From contig NC_043006.1 in the NCBI RefSeq assembly GCF_006345805.1, positions 48,856,001-48,920,000 on the forward strand: a DNA stretch of 64,000 nt, read 5' to 3'. This document shows positions 62,896 to 64,000 of this stretch, one piece after another. Each line of letters begins with the position of its first letter. Position 1 is the first letter of the stretch. A program made the position numbers and the translations under genes. The notes under the pieces are model-generated. The model saw nothing but the letters and a program-made list of their open reading frames with translations. It ran no database searches and was not told where the DNA came from. Source of the stretch: Octopus sinensis. Lineage: Eukaryota.

Positions 62896-64000
62896 GGTCT
62901 TCTACTCAAGCACAGCATATTGCCAAAGGTCTCAGTTATTTGCCATTGCTGCCATGAAAGCCAATGCTTGAAAGGTGCTTATTACTTGCCACTCGCACAA
63001 CACTGGCATTGGCCACATTGCTTCCAAGGTTGTTAACTCAGACCACTTTAAAAGAAAAAGAAGTTTGTACCACAGAACCAAGGGCAACCTGAGAAGGGTT
63101 AGTATCAAAAGAGTGATGAGTGTATAGAACATAAACACTGGAAAACACTACTGTAGCCATTAGAGAATATTAAATGTTATGTTGAACAATTTCTAGTTCC
63201 TTCTTGAGCCATGCCTGGCTCATAAGGGCCGGTTTCCTGGTTTCGTTGGCGTATAGGTTCCCCACCTGGATGGGACGCCGGTCCATCGCAGGTGAGTGGC
63301 AAGATGCAGGAGGAAAGAGTGAGAGAAAGTTGCGGCAAAAGAGTGAGCAGAAGTTTGCCATTACCTTCTGCCGGAGGCACGCGGAGCTTAGGTGTTTCGC
63401 TCATAAACACACACATCGCCCGGTCTGAGATTCGAACTCGCGATCCCTCGACCACGAGTCCGCTGCTCTAACCACTAGGCCATGTGCCTCCACAAATAAT
63501 AAATGCGCCCTTTTAAAGCCTAGCCAGGCTCATGGGCCCGGTTTCCCAGTTTCAATGGCGTATGTGTCCCCCAGCTGGACGGGACGCCAGTCCATCACAG
63601 CATTACTCATTTTTGCCAGCTGAGTGGACTGGAGCAATGTGAAATGAAGTGTTTTGCTCAAGAACACAATGCGTCACCTGGTCAAGGAATCGAAACCACA
63701 ATCTTACCATCATGATGCTGACACCCTAACCACTAAGCCACGCGCCTCCACAGAATTTCTGGTGACGACCTAGAAGTTACTACATTAACTGGAACGCAAT
63801 TGTTGTCTTGCACCTAAAGCATTATAACATTTATTCTGCTGCTTGCTTATTTAGCTTTAGTTGACCTCAAATGACTCTCCTAGTGATGACAGAGACAATG
63901 GCAGCATTCAGCTGTAAAAACAATCAATGGCACTTACAATGTACAAATGTCCTACATTCCCCCTGAAGCTATTTCATCCATGTCTCTATAGACAATGGTA

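Noticed and set aside
63925-64000. Minus-strand gtaagt donor as an upstream ATOSA coding exon
   Set aside because: All three frames contain stops within the 60-70 nt visible upstream.

Overview
AT-rich, microsatellite-dense animal genomic DNA. The repeat families look like those of an octopus (coleoid cephalopod); this is my recollection, not a database result. One host gene is supported: an atos/FAM214A (ATOSA) orthologue on the minus strand. Nine phase-compatible GT-AG exons were reconstructed between 59831 and the stop at 18302 (2632 nt, about 876 aa). Its 5' exons were not found and probably lie beyond the window end. The rest is mostly mobile DNA: two young 5'-truncated LINEs with open RT frames (CR1 at 1.1-2.6 kb; RTE with a PHD-like finger inside the last ATOSA intron) and many RTE 3'-end copies. 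There are also fossil HERO-like, BovB-like, CR1 and hAT fragments, mariner/piggyBac/pogo MITEs, Helitron/Helentron-type elements, several tRNA-headed SINE families and long simple repeats. Highlights: (1) three unrelated hammerhead-ribozyme motif families in ATOSA introns, including a tRNA-headed element and a palindromic Penelope-like element whose antisense core is intact; (2) an apparent ATG13-like HORMA fold in the ATOSA N-terminal region; (3) SINE concatemers under a single target-site duplication and a SINE cluster nested in (AAT)n; (4) a TSD-bounded triplication that stacks cryptic acceptors next to a conserved exon. Exon coordinates were counted to the base; repeat boundaries are approximate.
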